DNA from: Felis catus
Taxonomy: Eukaryota
NCBI RefSeq assembly: GCF_018350175.1
Contig: NC_058383.1
Location: forward strand, 8,186,001 to 8,250,000
DNA length: 64,000 nucleotides
Reading direction: 5' to 3'
In this document: one piece after another, positions 1 through 13,577 of the stretch
Layout: every line of letters starts with the position of its first letter
Position numbering within the stretch: position 1 is the first letter of the stretch
Made by a program: the position numbers and the translations under genes
Notes under the pieces: model-generated
The model's database searches: none
Told to the model about the DNA's origin: nothing
Seen by the model: the letters and a program-made list of their open reading frames with translations, nothing else

Positions 1-219
1 TCAGGTGAGGCCATGAAATTAAGTGTCTATGTGTCCAGAGTGCCGATTCCAAATTTGGTAGCCCGAAAAAGGGCTGGCATGACAAAAATACCAAAAATAA
101 ACCCAACACCGCCTCTTTAACTTATAGTAGGATAGTACACAGTGTTTTTATTACAAAGCACTGCTGAGTGGTGTAAGGTCGACTGCATCTCAGTTGCAGG
201 ATGCCGTGAATTGATTGTT

Positions 220-2005
220 TCGTTGATTAAACAAATAACTTTTGAAAGCCTACTTCATACCAGGCACTCTTCCAGGTACTGGGGATGTGCCTGTACCCCT
301 TGAAGCTTTCATTCCAGTGGAATAGACGGACATTAAAGAAGCGAGAAAATAAATTACATACTCTCAGGCAGAGACAATTTTAGTTAGTGATAACTGAATA
401 AAAATAAATCACTAAAGAGTTAAAGACTGTGAAGGAACCAATTTTGGATGGAGTAGTCGAGGCAAGATCTTGGTCCAGAGCTGACATTAAAGCACAAAGC
501 TGAGTGAAGGGGGGGGGGGGGGGGAGGGGGACTCAAGCCAACCATGCGAAAGGTCTCAGGGAAGAGCATGCTAGCACAACAGCAAGGGCAAAGACGCTGA
601 GGCAGAAATGAACTTGGCATGTACCAAGAACAGCCCAGAGGGTCTATGAGGCTGGTGCAGGAAGAAGAATAGAGAATGGTAGGGTATGCGTTGGAGAGAT
701 CATGTAAGGCCTTGGGAATTTCTTTTAAAAACAAGTGATGAGAAGCTTGTGCCAGAAACTGTATCTGGCTACATGCAGTAGAAACTCTATCACAGAAATT
801 TGATCAAGTCGTGAATTTATGTATTTTTTTCTCATGTAACAAGAAGTCTAGGGATGGCCATTCAAAGGCTGATGCCGCGGTTCAAGGAGCAAGATCCCTT
901 TTCCCTTCCTGTCCTGACATCTTTGACATGGCTGCTCTATCTTTGGGTACTCGCTTTCCAGGCAGAAACAAAGGAAAACAGGGTCAAAAGATGTATGGCA
1001 TTACACTCTCCCTTTTTCTCAGGGAAACAGTGGCTTTCTTAGAATCCCTATCAAGTCTCATTGGTTAGAACCGAATCACATGGCCTCCCTAACTGCAAGG
1101 GAATCTGGGAAATGTAGATTTCTAGCCTTGCCCATTACTTTCTCCAAGAAGCAGGGGTAGAGGAAGGGAAGGTTGACAGTGGCTAGGAAACGGGCTAGTT
1201 GAAAAGTCAGTATGGAGGGTTTTGAGCAGGGGATTGGCCTGATCTGATTTATGATTTTAAAAAGTGATCAGCCGCTGCTGAGCAGCTGGAACAAAGGGGA
1301 CAAAAGTGGACTTACAGATGCCAGCTTGGAGGGTATCGTGCAGTTTGAGAGAGGGATGTTGGTGGCAGCAGTTGAAGCTAGATCAGAGACTCATTGTGAA
1401 GGTGGAGCCCGTAGGAGTGGCTGATGAATCACGTGCCCCGTGTGAGGGAAAGAGGAGGTAAGGACGACTCCCAGGACGTTGACTTATATGGTTTTGTGAA
1501 TGTTTTGCCATTTCCAGACTTGAGAAGGCTGGGGGAGGAGCAGGGTTAGGGGTGGAAGATAAAGAATCCTGTTTTGCTTATGTTAGCGATGAGATGCCTG
1601 TCTGACGTTAAGGGTGAAATGGGATAAGATTCTGTACCTGATGGGGGAGGTCAGGACTATAAACTGGAGAAGATATCAGTCAGCTGTATGAGGTGGCGTT
1701 GCAGGCACGGACTAGATGGGAACGAGTAAGGATAACTATAGGCAGAGAAGATAAGGGCAGACAGAGAGTGTCTCGGGACACTGCTATTTAGAGGAGAATC
1801 TGGCGAAGAAGGCTGCCAACAGCCAGGGAAGTATGAGGAAAACTAGCAGAGTATGGGATCATGCAAGCCGACCGAGGACAGTGTTGCAAGAGAGCAGGTG
1901 ACCGTTTGGGTCACACACTTCTACGCGATCCAGTGAGGTCAAGTAAGGAGAAGACAGGATCGACCATCAGATATTTTAGGTAAAGTGGAGGTCATTGATC
2001 ACTTT
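220..2005 (-). mobile_element. LINE-2 (L2) fossil, interrupted by an LTR
   Basis: Degenerate antisense L2 3' end (aaacaaataacttttgaaagcctacttcataccaggcactc) followed by a purine-rich L2-like body. Confidence 0.7.
760..1135. mobile_element. MaLR LTR (MLT1J/K-like) inserted in the L2
   Basis: Typical MLT1 segments tctcatgtaacaagaagtctaggg and tctcattggttagaaccgaatcacatggcc...ctgcaagggaatctgggaaatgtag. Confidence 0.6.
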
Positions 2006-2046
2006 CAAAAAAAAAAAATACTTACAACTTACTATCTTAGAATAGG

Positions 2047-2447
2047 ATTTTTTTAACTTATTTATTTTGAGAGAGAGAGGAGAGGAGGGGCAGAGACAGA
2101 GAGAGAATCCAAGGCAAGCTCCATGCTGTCAGCACAGAGCCCATCGTAGGGCTCGAACTCATGAAGCACGAGCTCGTGACCTGGGCTGAAATCAAGAGTC
2201 AGACATGTAACTGACTGAGCCACCCAGGTGCCCCTGATTTATTTATTTTTTAATGTTTCTTTATTTTGAGGGAGAGAGTGCGAGCAGGGGAGGGGCAGAG
2301 AGAGAGAGGGAGACACAGAATCCCCAGCAGGCTCTGCACTGTTGGCACGGAGCCCATCGTGGGGCTGGGTCTCATAAACTGCGAGATCATGACCTGAGCC
2401 GAGATCAAGAGTCGGACGATTAGTCAGCTGAGCCACCCAGGCACCCC
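2047..2447 (-). mobile_element. Two tandem CanSINEs
   Basis: Each shows a poly-T tail, (GA)n and the reverse-complemented head ...ctgagccacccaggYRcccc. Confidence 0.9.
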
Positions 2448-2899
2448 TTCACTTAAAATCTTTAAACATATGTCCACACGTATATGTACTTTTGTAAAAA
2501 TGGCTAAATATGATCATGCACTTGCTCTCTTTTGGTGCAATCTTTCTCTCTTTTTTTCCTTTGGCTTGGCGCCCTCACCTCACCCTTGACCTCTCCTCTT
2601 CCCTCTTTATCACTTGTAGTCTTTGTTCCAGTGCAGAGATAATGAGTAAACTCCCAGCAAGGAGTTTACTCCTTGATAACAACCTGGAGTGCATCCTTCG
2701 ATATTTTTCTTCACGCATTTTTAAAATCCCATTCAGCATAGCTCTATCTGCCTATTGGTCTATAACAAGTTGCTAAAACATGGCTATCCCAATTTTGGCC
2801 GAGGCTGTAAAGGCTGACAATAGGTGTTAAGTGTGCTCCGGATTTTCATCCATTTCTGTAGAACCTAGCACATCACCTGGAGATTATCGAAGAGCTGAG

Positions 2900-2904
<5 letters not shown>

Positions 2905-2946
<42 letters not shown>
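2905..2946. repeat. (GA)n microsatellite
   Basis: Direct read. Confidence 0.9.
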
Positions 2947-3513
2947 CGGAGGGAGGGAAAATTTCTTTGGAGAGCATGCCGTTTGTTCACCTTGGTCAAG
3001 TGACAGATGGGACTTCACAGAACCTGTGTCCCCTGGAATCAGGGTGTGAGGAGCCATGGAAAGATCTGGTCCAAGGCAAGAGGGTAGGGAAAGAAAGAAG
3101 ATGCATCGGGACTTGCAAAGGAGACAGGAGACTTTCCTAGGGACCTGAGGTGGGAAAGAGTTGACCTTGAGTCATTTTGGATCTTGCCTGTGAGAACCCC
3201 CTGGGAGGTGGACTACTGGATGCCTGGAGGGAAGACACAGTCAGACTGGTCATGTCCCAGGAACCCCCCAAAACTCTCCAGTGGGACACACATTAGCATG
3301 AGGCACCTGCTACTTCCAGAGGGCACCCACGCTGCATTATATCTTACTGTTGTTACCTGGGATTGACCGAAAAGTTCTGGGAAGTGCCTGAGATTTCATC
3401 TAAGGGGATGGGAAGAATTAACTAGTCTAAGGAGAGGGTTTGAAGGAAACAACTGTGAAAAAGGATAAAGTTGTTTGAATAAATAAGTATATCAAGTTCA
3501 GTTCATTTGATGA

Positions 3514-3521
3514 ACACACAC

Positions 3522-3558
<37 letters not shown>
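3514..3558. repeat. (CA)n(CG)n(CA)n microsatellite
   Basis: Direct read; alternating purine-pyrimidine run. Confidence 0.9.
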
Positions 3559-3887
3559 GTATTTGGGAAGGCATTGTTTTACAAAAATGGGATCACATCC
3601 TCAGTAGTATTCCGTATTTTATTTTCTTCATTCAACAATACCGTGCAGAAATTGCTCAAAGTCATTTGTTGTAGTTCTATTTTTAAAGGTTGTAGGCTGT
3701 TTCATGGCCTGAATTTATCAGTTATTCCGATGTTTTCTTAATGATGGACATTCAACATGGTTCCAGTTTAAAGACACTAAAAACATTGCTGCAACAATGA
3801 TTTTGAATGTATGGCCTTACAGACTGGTACTCTCACTTCTATGGAATCTATGGAACAGAAAGGATTGCAGGGTTAAAGGATATGTGT

Positions 3888-4248
3888 ATTTGTTTATTTA
3901 TTTATTTATTGAGAGAGAGAGGGAGAGAGGGAGAGAGACAGAGAGTGAGACAGAGAGACGACCCTGGGATCATGAGCTGAGCTGAAATCAAAGTTGGATG
4001 CTCCGCCAACTGAGCCACCCAGGCACCGCAGATATGTGTACTTTATTTTATTTTTTAATTTAATTTATTTCTTTTAAATGTTTATTTACTTATATTGTGG
4101 GGAGGGGCAGAGAGTGAGAATCCCAAGCAGGCTCCACTGGTTGGATTGGAGAAGCCAGACATGGGACTCAAACCTATGAACCATGAGATCATGGCCTGAG
4201 CTGAAATCAAGAGTCGGATGCTTAACTGACTGAGCCACCTAGGCTCCC
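3888..4248 (-). mobile_element. Two CanSINEs within an old L1 fragment
   Basis: SINE heads end at ~4028 and ~4248; flanking gatatgtgta repeats resemble target-site duplications. Confidence 0.8.
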
Positions 4249-4459
4249 CAGGATATGTGTATTTTAAATAGTAATAGCTCTTGCCAGATTACCTGGCCAC
4301 TTGGTTGGTTTAGTGCTTGATGTTCCAACAGCACTCATTTTTGTCAATAATATGTATTGTCATGAGAGTTGGTAATCTTGACAAATGGCCCCAGTGGAGT
4401 GATGAGGAAGAAAATAAGACTGGAGTAGGTTAGAAAGAGAATTGGATGTCCAGTACCTC

Positions 4460-5030
4460 ATCATGATGTAACAATTTACTCCAAAATGTAGTGGCTTAAA
4501 ATAATAAACATTTATATCTCACAATTTCTGTGGGTCCAAATCTGGGCCTGACCCAGTAGTGCCTCTGTCTTGGGATTTCTCACTGGGCTTCATTCAAGAT
4601 GGTGGCCAGGGCTGCAGCCTCCTCAAGGCTTGATGGGGGTGTGGGTAGAGATTTACTTCCAAGATCAACTATTTGGCTATTGGCAGGATCCAGTGCCTGT
4701 GGACTGTTGGTCTGAGAGCCTCAATTCCTTGTTGGCTATTGGCCAGAGACCTCCCTCCCTTACCTGTTATGTGGGCCTCTCCACAGGGTGGCTTATAATA
4801 CGGCAGCTGGCTTCTCTGAGAGTGAGCAAGTGAGAGAACAAGAGAGGGTGAGCAAGGGGAAGCCAGTCTCTTTGTAACCTAAGCCTATAACTGATAGCCC
4901 ATCACCTTTGCTATATTCTGTTCTTTAGAAGCAAATCACTAGGTCCAGCCCACACTCGAATGGAAGGAATTATGTAAGGGCATGAATACCAAGATGTGTG
5001 TATCATCTGGGGCCATCTTAGAGGCTGCCT
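4460..5030 (-). mobile_element. MaLR LTR (MLT1F/G/H-like)
   Basis: gtaacaatttactccaaaatgtagtggcttaaaataataaacatttatatctcacaatttctgtgggtc...ggggccatcttagaggctgcc is an MLT1 signature. Confidence 0.75.
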
Positions 5031-5619
5031 GTGGCAAGAGGTGACTATGAGATGCTGATTCTAAAACACCATCCACTTAATGATCGCTTTCCTAAAGAAA
5101 TCCCTGCCATCTTAAATGTATTGATTGATTACAAGGTACTTTGTGCCTTCCTGTAAAGGCAGTCTAGATGCTTTGGATACTGTTTCTTTCACTGTGGAAT
5201 AAATTAAAAAGCTCAAAAAATAGAAAATCATTTGCCTGAAGATACCAGGGAAAGAACAGACTAGTGAAGAATTCCCAGGATCAGAGGAGGATGAAGGCCC
5301 ATGGAGATGAGCCCCATGTTTGGGGCTGGACTTCCCCTCACTGTGTTTACATATTTCAGAGGGGACAGCCAAGCTGCTGAAAGGCTGAACAATAGAACTT
5401 CCTGGGACTTGCGGCCATGGAATGAAGGCTAAGTTCTGCCAGGTGAAACGGGGCACCTGGCACTGCCAGGTGAAACGGGGCACTGAACCTCCCCCCATTT
5501 GGGGGTCAACCCCAGGATCAAGACAAAGTGGGAGTAGGCGGGTCCAGACAGGGATGTTGGCTTGGCTTCAGATCGTCATAATACTTGTGTTTATGTGAAG
5601 GTGACCCAGAAGTGCTACC

Positions 5620-6876
5620 GTCCCAGGTACCTGGGAGAAGGAAACAGAGATCCTTTCTGGAGGAAGATACATCATCCTGGGCCATGAATTATTTATACAG
5701 TTTTGGGCTTACCATGTCCAGCACGTAATAAAGATACTCAGACACATGAACGACAAAGTGACACGGAAAGCAAAACCATAAGCAACAAATAATAGAAACA
5801 TACCAAGAAGGAGCTCAGATTATTGAATTATCAGATACAGATTTTCTATGTTTAGACTAGGAAATAAAACATTAGAGTTTTTAAGTAAAAAAATAGGATT
5901 TAAGTAAAATTGGGATGCCTGGGTGGCTCAGTTCGTTACGCGTCCAGCTTCGGCTCAGGTTGTGATCTTGGTGTTCATGGATTCAAGCCCCTCATTGGGC
6001 TCTGTGCTGACGGCTCGGAGCCTGGAGCCTGCTTCGGATTCTGTGTCTCCCTCTCTCTCTGCCTCTTGCCCACTCGCACTCTGTCTCTCTCTCTGTCTTT
6101 CAAAAATAAATAAATATTAAAAAAAATCGGAAGATTAAATGAGATCAAAGTAAGAGTGAACAGTTTAGGAGAAAACCAGAAACTAAACAATTATATCTTT
6201 GTATTTATGTATACTCATGGATAAAGAAAACACGTAGACATTCTAGAACTGAAACAAATAGAAAAACAAAGGTTAAAAATGAGTTTAACAGTAAATTGGA
6301 AAGGCTAAAGAGAGAATTAGTGACAAAGGAGATGGGTCAGAGAAAAGTATCCAGACTGAAGCACAGAGAGAAAAAAAACTATGGAGAAACCAGAATAGAG
6401 GATAAAAATACGGAGGATTCAGTGAAAGGCTGTGACATCCTTTTAGTTGGAGCCTCAGAAGGAGAGGAGAGAAAGAATGGGCAGAGGTATATTTGAAGAG
6501 CTCATGGCTGAGATTTTTCTAAAACTGATGGAAGACATGAAGCCACAGATTAAAGAAGCCTGCCTAACATCCAAGCAGGATAAATCAAAAAGAAAACTGT
6601 AGGTTGGCATGAACCAAGTACAACCTCTGAAAACCAAATTCAAGGAGAAGATTTCACAAGTAGCCAGAGACGGGCACCTGGATGGCTCAGTCGGTTAAGC
6701 GACCAGCTTCGGCTCAGGTCATGATCTCGTGGTTCATGTGTTCAAGCCCCGCATCGGACTCCGTGCTGACAGCTTGGAGCCTGGAGCCTGCTTTGCGTTC
6801 TGTGTCTCCCTGTCTCTCTCTTGGCCCCTCCCCCACTCATGCTCTGTCTCTCAAAAATAAATACATGTTAAAATAA

Positions 6877-6915
<39 letters not shown>

Positions 6916-8180
6916 AAGTAGCCGGAGAAAAGAGACACATTGTCTTCAAAAATGCAGTCCCTCAGACTCTTAGCTTTCTCAGCAGAAACATTGGAAGCCA
7001 GACGACTAAAGAATGATTAATCTTTCAAGCACAGCCAGATTAGAGATCTACATGTAGCAAAAATATCCTTTAAGAGTGAAGTGAAATAGGGGCGCCTGGA
7101 TGGCTCAGTCGGTTGAGCGTCTGACTTTGGCTCAGGTCACGATCTCGGGGCCCGTGAGTTCGAGCCCCGCGTCGGGCTCTGTGCTGACAGCTCAGAGCCT
7201 GGAGCCTGCTTCGGATTCTGTGTCTCCCTCTCTCTCTGCCCCTCCCTCACTTGCACTCTCTCTCTCTCAAAAATAAATAAGCAAAAAACAAACAAACAAA
7301 AAGAATGAAGCGAAATAAATACAGTTTCAAATAAACAAAATAAGAGTGTTGGTCATTATCCCTGCTCTAAGGGGAATAATAAAGAATGTCTTTTAGGCAG
7401 GAAGAAAATGGCCCAGGTAGAAGTTTGGACATAAACAAACATCAGGGAGAATGGTAAATAGCTAGATAAACTTTAGTGACTATATTGGGGTGCCTGGGTG
7501 GCTCACTCGGTTGAGCGTCCGACCTTGGCTCTGGTTGTGATCTCACAGTGCATGGGTTCAAGCCCCACATCGGGCTCTGTGCTGTCAGCCCATCAGCACG
7601 GAGCCTGCTTTGGATCCTCTGCCCTCCTCTCTCTCTGCCTCTCTCCTGCTCATGCCCTCTCTCTCTCAAAAAAGAGATAAAACATTAAAAAAAAAAGTCC
7701 TGTCATTTACAATAAGTAAATAAATAAATAAATAAATAAATACTGACTGTATAATATAAAAATAATAATGTCTTATTGGAAAAAAATGTCTTATTGGGTC
7801 TAAAAATACATATTATATTTCATATTCAGATTTATATGCTATATAAACAATGTGTTATATCATGTATAAGTATATACATGATATATATTATTTATATTGA
7901 GAGAGAGCAAGAGAGCAGGGGAGGGCAGAGAGAATCTCAAGCAGGGGGAGGAGCCCAATGGAGGTCTTGAACTCACCCAGGAGCCCCGGGGTTGAAGTGT
8001 TCTAAATGCCTTGCAATATTTAGGAAAAGAGTAAGGATCCCAGCTAACTTTAGACTTTGGTAAGTCAAGAATGCATGCTTTCATATACAGGGTAACCATT
8101 AAAAGGATTATGAAAGAGTGTATAGTTTACAAGCTAAGAGAAGTGAAAACATAGCATATCAAAAAATAGTTGTTAACCCC
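5620..8180 (+). mobile_element. Ancient L1 (L1M) ORF1-region fossil, interrupted by CanSINEs at ~5912-6127, 6672-6916, 7089-7300, 7487-7740 (+) and ~7890-7988 (-)
   Basis: A-rich L1 ORF1-like text (agagagaattagtgac...ggagcctcagaaggagaggagagaaagaatgggcagaggtatatttgaagag...) with many disruptions. SINE heads ggggcgcctgg and A-tails, including (TAAA)n at 6874-6915. Confidence 0.75.
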
Positions 8181-9039
8181 AATGTGACATGGCTTCTTGA
8201 AATGTTAATGTCCACTTATCAGTGATGCTGCCTAAAATGCCAGGTGCAGGGCTCCTTAGCCTGTGACACTGGACAAGCCTTGCTTGAAAGCCTCGCATCA
8301 ATCGGTTTCTGCCTGCCCATCCAGTCTCCTTCCCATCCGCGTCTCTTGTGGGATCTTCCCTCCCTCTTCTCCTGTTCTCTTAAGACTTCTGTGCTGTTTC
8401 TCAGCCTGTTGTCCAACTCCTTTTGGCCCCTTTGAATGCCCCAGGATGCCTCTGGCCATAATTAACTTTGTGTATCCGCCCTTTTCAAAATGTACAGGTT
8501 ACATGCTTGAATTCTTGCTTTGGCGTTCTGAAGGAGGAGGAGGAGGGATGCGTTCTCAGTTGCTAAAAAATGAAGGCGGAGTGGAAAGAATTTGGATGGA
8601 GGGACTTTGTATTTTGGTTGGGAATTAATTTGACTGAAATAACAAAACTCTTACAGTGACAATAAGGTCTGGAGATTGACAGTCTGGGGGGGGGGCTTGG
8701 CAGCTCAAAAATGGCCTCAGGCACCAGCTTCTTTCCCCCTTTTTTCTCTGCTGTCTGTAAGTTTAATTTACCTCATAGTCACAAGGTAGCTGCTGTGCCT
8801 CCAGGCATCACGCCTGCAATTAAGGAAGGACTAAGGAACAACAAATACTTTACCTTAAAATCTGTCCTTTTTTTTTTTTTTTTTTTAAATAGCCTCCACA
8901 CCAATGTGGGGCTTGAACTCACAACCCTGAGATCAAGAGTTGCATGTTCTAAGGTCTGAGCCAGCCAGGCACTCCCTTCTACAGTCTGTCCTTTAAAAAC
9001 AAAACAAAACAGTATTATTTAGTTGATTACTAAATTTAA

Positions 9040-9810
9040 GTGTAAATTTAAACAAAACATATATTAAAGTGTACCTATTTTAAGTATCTTCTAACTTTGA
9101 AAAACGTGTAGACTTAAGACACAGAGTATTCCCATCCCCCATGAAGTTCCCTCACGTTCCTTTGTGGTCAACTCCCTCCTGCCCCTGGCCCCAGGACACC
9201 TCTGTTGTACTTTCTGTCACTAGATATTAGTGTTGCCTGTGGTAGAATTTCATATAAATAGAGTCACACAATATTTACTCTTTTGTGTCTGGCTTCCTTC
9301 ACTCGGTAATATTTTTGGTATTTAGACATGTGTGTATCATTAGTTTATTCCTTTTTTATTGCTGAGTCATAGTCCACATGTGAATATACGATCATTTATC
9401 TGTCCACCTGTTGATGGTCACGCGGGTTGGGCTGTCTATATCTTTGGGGCTATGATAAACACAACTGCTAGAAATAAAACTTTGTGCGGACATATTTTCA
9501 TTTCTCTTGGGTAAATACCTAGGAGTGGAATTGCTGGGTCATGTGACTATCTATCCACATCTGTATGTATCGGTGCAAATCCCTGCATCTATATCTCTAT
9601 ATTGCACACCTGCACGCACACACTCACACACTCCTGGTTCCTGATTTCCTATTTTATTCACTTGGTTATAATCTATCGCCATCATTGTTTATTTGATGCT
9701 TAAATAGTCCTTGATTTGGCCATTGGGAGGCCCCTCAGGCTGGTTTCTGTGTCCTTTTGAAATCTTTCTTTCTAGGAGCTCTTTACTTTGTGACATTGTT
9801 ACATGTTCCC
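9040..9810 (-). mobile_element. Old L1 (L1ME-like) 3' fragments
   Basis: Antisense L1 motifs such as catattttcatttctcttgggtaaatacctaggagtggaattgctgggtcat. Confidence 0.7.
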
Positions 9811-9819
9811 AGGTTTTTG

Positions 9820-10030
9820 GGTTTGTTTTTTTTTTTTTGAAGTTTATTTATTTATTTTGAGAGAGAGTGCAAACGGGGGAGGGGCAGAGAGAGAGGGAGA
9901 CAGAGGATGTGAAGCGGGCTCCATGCTGACAGCAGAGAGCCCGATGCTGGACTTGAACTCACAAACCATGAGATCAAGACCTGAACCAAAGCCAGACGCT
10001 TAACGGAGTGAGTCACCCAGGCGCCACCCA
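9820..10030 (-). mobile_element. CanSINE
   Basis: Poly-T, (GA)n, antisense head. Confidence 0.9.
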
Positions 10031-10482
10031 GGTGGTAACTTTATTAGCATCACTTCATAACCATCAAATAGTATACACATTCTTTTGTATTTATTTTAAA
10101 AATTAAAAGTTTCAAAAGTCCAAGGAACCTCAAAAAGCATTGTTCCTTTCACACCTGGAAAAATTGGTAGGGGGGGCACCTTGGCAGCCTCAGCACAGAG
10201 CCTGATGCGGGGCTTGAACTCACGAACTGCAAGACTGCAACCCGGTCTGAAGTTGGATGTTCAACTGACTAAGCCACCTGGGTGCCCCGACCCCTGCTTT
10301 TTTGAGCATGAAACATATACTTAGATCTCTGGCTGGGGCTTTGGAAGATTGGTACCAGATACTTGCCTTCTAGAAGTCAATCTGCCTAGTACCTGTCCAC
10401 AGGCAGTTCCTAGTCTAGACAGGGAGACCAACCCTGTATAGTGCTTCTTGCCTTGTCAAGTGCTTTCTCATCTATAATCTCA

Positions 10483-10583
10483 TTATGTTATGTTATGTTA
10501 TGTTATGTTATGTTATGTTATGTTATGTTATGTTAACTTATTTTTCTGAGAGAGAGAGTGTATGCAGGAGAAAGGGGCAGAGG

Positions 10584-10633
<50 letters not shown>

Positions 10634-10756
10634 CTTAAGCAGGTTCCGTGCCCAGCATGGAGCCCAACATGGGGCTCGATCCCATGGCCGTGAGATCACG
10701 ACCCCAGCCAAAATCAAGAGTCAGATGCTCAACCAACGGAGCCACCCAGGCGCCCT
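10483..10756 (-). mobile_element. CanSINE whose tail has become a (TTATG)n pentanucleotide repeat
   Basis: About 10 TTATG units at 10483-10535, a long (GA)n, then the SINE head ending gccacccaggcgccc. Confidence 0.9.
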
Positions 10757-11737
10757 TACTCTATAAATATTTAAGTTAATGAATGTTCCCTTACACTTGC
10801 CTTGGGGCTTTCGTTTTTGTTTCCAGGTGAGAGAAATAAAAAATGTGACTGCTTTACGTTTCTTGGATATACGCACTGTATAAATTTGGGATTATTATTA
10901 CTGTGGATTATTGAAATACTTTGCTTTATGACTTTCCTTTTAATTAGAAGAGGTTGACCTCAGATGGCTTAATACCCAGCAGGGCCAGGACTGGATGATC
11001 TAAGACTAATTTCTCTCCCGACTCTGTGACTTGATGCAATAAAATCTCTCCCTTGAAAAAACGTAAAGAAACACGCTTGACATATTTCAAATCCTTTCTA
11101 TAAATTGTTGAAAAGATTTAATATAGCCGCTAGTCATAAAATCTTTAATTTGAGTTGACCTTCCCTGGTCACAATTCTTACACATGCAGTTTTTATTACT
11201 GGAGAATGATCGGTAGATTTTCTGTTATTCAAGGGAATAAAAATGCCCTTCAATCACCCGCTCGTGCAACACAGAGACCTGGACGTACTGAGTTCAACTC
11301 TCAGAGATAGGAGCGATCACGGATCAGAGAGAGGATTACCACGGTGTGTAACCTGGAAATTTTCTGTTCTCTATTATTGTAGGCCTCTCTTATTATTATT
11401 GTTATTTTAAAGCTCTAGCCAGGGATGAAGTTCAGCAAGTTTGGTTTAGGGCAGAATCAATAAGGTAAAACTTATTTTTCATCAATTCCCATTAGAAAGC
11501 CTGAGCTATGCTCTAACATAAAAAAAAAATTTTTTTTCCCCCCAGTGAATCGAAGATAAAAACTTTTGGCAAAAACAACGAAACAGGGATGTGGCTTTAC
11601 CCAGGATCCTCTGTCTTCATTCGGTGATGTGCTGCACGCAGGCTTTGGAGAGGTGGTCGTGTGGTAGAGAAAGTGCTGATTCTGGAGTAAGGTAGAATTT
11701 GAAATGAGCTCAGTGATCTTAAGAAAATCACGTATAG

Positions 11738-11960
11738 AGGGTGCCCAGGTGGCTCTGTCGGTTAAGCGTCGGACCTCGGCTCAGGTCGTGATCTCGCAGT
11801 TCGTGAGTTCGAGCCCCGCGTCGAGCTCTGTGCTGACAGCTCAGAGTCTGGAACCTGCTTCGGATTTGGGTCTCCCTCTCTCTGCCCGTCTCCCACTGTC
11901 TCTGTGTCTCCCTCTCAAAAATAAATACACATGTAAAAAAAAGAAGAAGAAAGGAAAAGA
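11738..11960 (+). mobile_element. CanSINE
   Basis: Head agggtgcccaggtggctc, CT-rich segment, A-tail. Confidence 0.9.
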
Positions 11961-11982
11961 AAATCACTTATACTCTTGGGTC

Positions 11983-12508
11983 CGGTGGAAGCCCGTATCC
12001 AAAATGGCCCCTGTGCTCCTCACCTCCTGGTACATAAGCTCTTGTGTGGTCCCCTCTTGCCCTGAATAGGGCTGACCTGTGTAACCAGTTATGGAGGGAC
12101 CTGTGACTTCTGAGGCTGGGTCATACAAAGACGTTGTAGCTGCTGCCTTCGACCCTCTTTGGTCAATCACTCTGGGGTGAACCCACTGCCGTGTCTTGAG
12201 GACGTGGACGGTCCTGTAGAGCCCCATGCGGGGAAAAACTGCCTCCTGCCTACACACTGGCATCCGCTGACAGCCATGTGAGTGAGCCATCTTGGAAGCG
12301 GGTCCACCAAGTCTAGTCGAGCCTTCAGATGTGCAGCCCCGGGGCCAACATCTTGACTACAATCTCATGAGAGATCCTGAGCCAGAACCGCCCAGCTTTG
12401 CCCACGTTCCTGACCCATAGAAGCTGTATGGGAGAGCAATCATTCACTGTCTCTGTAAGTTGCTAAGTTTGGGGGGAATCTGTTATGGGTAGCGATACGT
12501 GACTAACA
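11983..12508 (+). mobile_element. MaLR LTR (MLT1F-like)
   Basis: aaaatggcccc...gtgagtgagccatcttggaagcgg...gccttcagatg...gctaagtttggggggaatctgttatg...taaca. Confidence 0.8.
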
Positions 12509-13184
12509 CAGAGCCTTAGTCTCCCCCTCACTGAAACGGGGCACACACCAATCCTGTACGGTTGTTAACAGGATGGAACGAGATGAGACGTACAATCGGT
12601 GTAATTCTTGGCACACAGTCGGCGGGTGACTTTCAGTGGCTACCACCGGTGTAGACTCTCAGGTCTTTGTGACACTTTTCTGATGCTTTGGACTGGCCCT
12701 CTTCATGCCCCTGATCACAGGGGTTTGCCCACTATGCCGAGTGTACCTTTGGAGCACTAAAACTTTGTGTCTTCCATTTTTTTTTTTTTTTTTTTTTGGT
12801 AAGGAAGGATCACTGAGATGTTTACGCTATCACAGATGCATGGATGCCTCTAACACACCGTGTATTCCCGCCCTAACTTCTTTATAGATAGCTATTTCAC
12901 TCCTGCTAAATTTAGCTCCTTTCCTGCTTTTTCGACTTAGTTTGCTCCGAATTCTGTACAGTATGTTATAGTTTCTTAAAATGAAGGCTGCTGGATGTGC
13001 ATACAGCAGCTGCAAATGCCAACGGCATTTACCACTTAACGAGGCCTTCCTTTCTACCCCTTCCACACTGTGTTTACGTTCAAGAGCAAATCAGATCGTG
13101 GAGGCGTGTGACACTGTAGGGGACGATGACTGGGGATGACAGTGACTCACCGGTGGACCCCTGAAAACATTAAAAGAACCCTTT

Positions 13185-13407
13185 TTTTAAAATTTTCAAC
13201 ATTTATTCATTTTTGAGAGACAGAGTGCAAACAGAGGAGGGGCAGAGAGAGAGGGAGACGCGGAATCCGAAGCAGGCTCCAGGCTCTGAGCTGTCAGCAC
13301 AGAGCCTGACGCGGGGCTCCGACTCACGAGTAGTGAGATGATCGAGTAGTGAGATCATGAGCTGAGCCAAAGTTGGACGCTCAACCGACTGAGTCACCCA
13401 GGTGTTC
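13185..13407 (-). mobile_element. CanSINE with a short internal duplication (gagtagtgagat x2)
   Basis: Direct read. Confidence 0.9.
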
Positions 13408-13577
13408 CACACCCGTGGGCCCTTTAGAAGGTCTGCTTGTGGCCTGGGCAAACGTTATACACTCATGGAAAGACTTACTTTCCTAACGCAGTTTCAAATT
13501 CGGTTCATTCTCTCTTCTTGGGCCAGGCTCTACTCTGAAATTTAACCAAGATGATTCTGAATAAATGCTACCTGCAT

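Noticed and set aside
6296..6496. 66-aa ORF with L1 ORF1-like residues
   Set aside because: A short remnant of a heavily mutated, SINE-interrupted L1; not an intact element or gene.
7089..7170. tRNA-like A/B box sequence (ggctcagtcggttgagcg...gagttcgagcccc)
   Set aside because: It is the tRNA-derived head of a CanSINE, followed by the SINE body and A-tail; not a tRNA gene. The same applies to all other copies.
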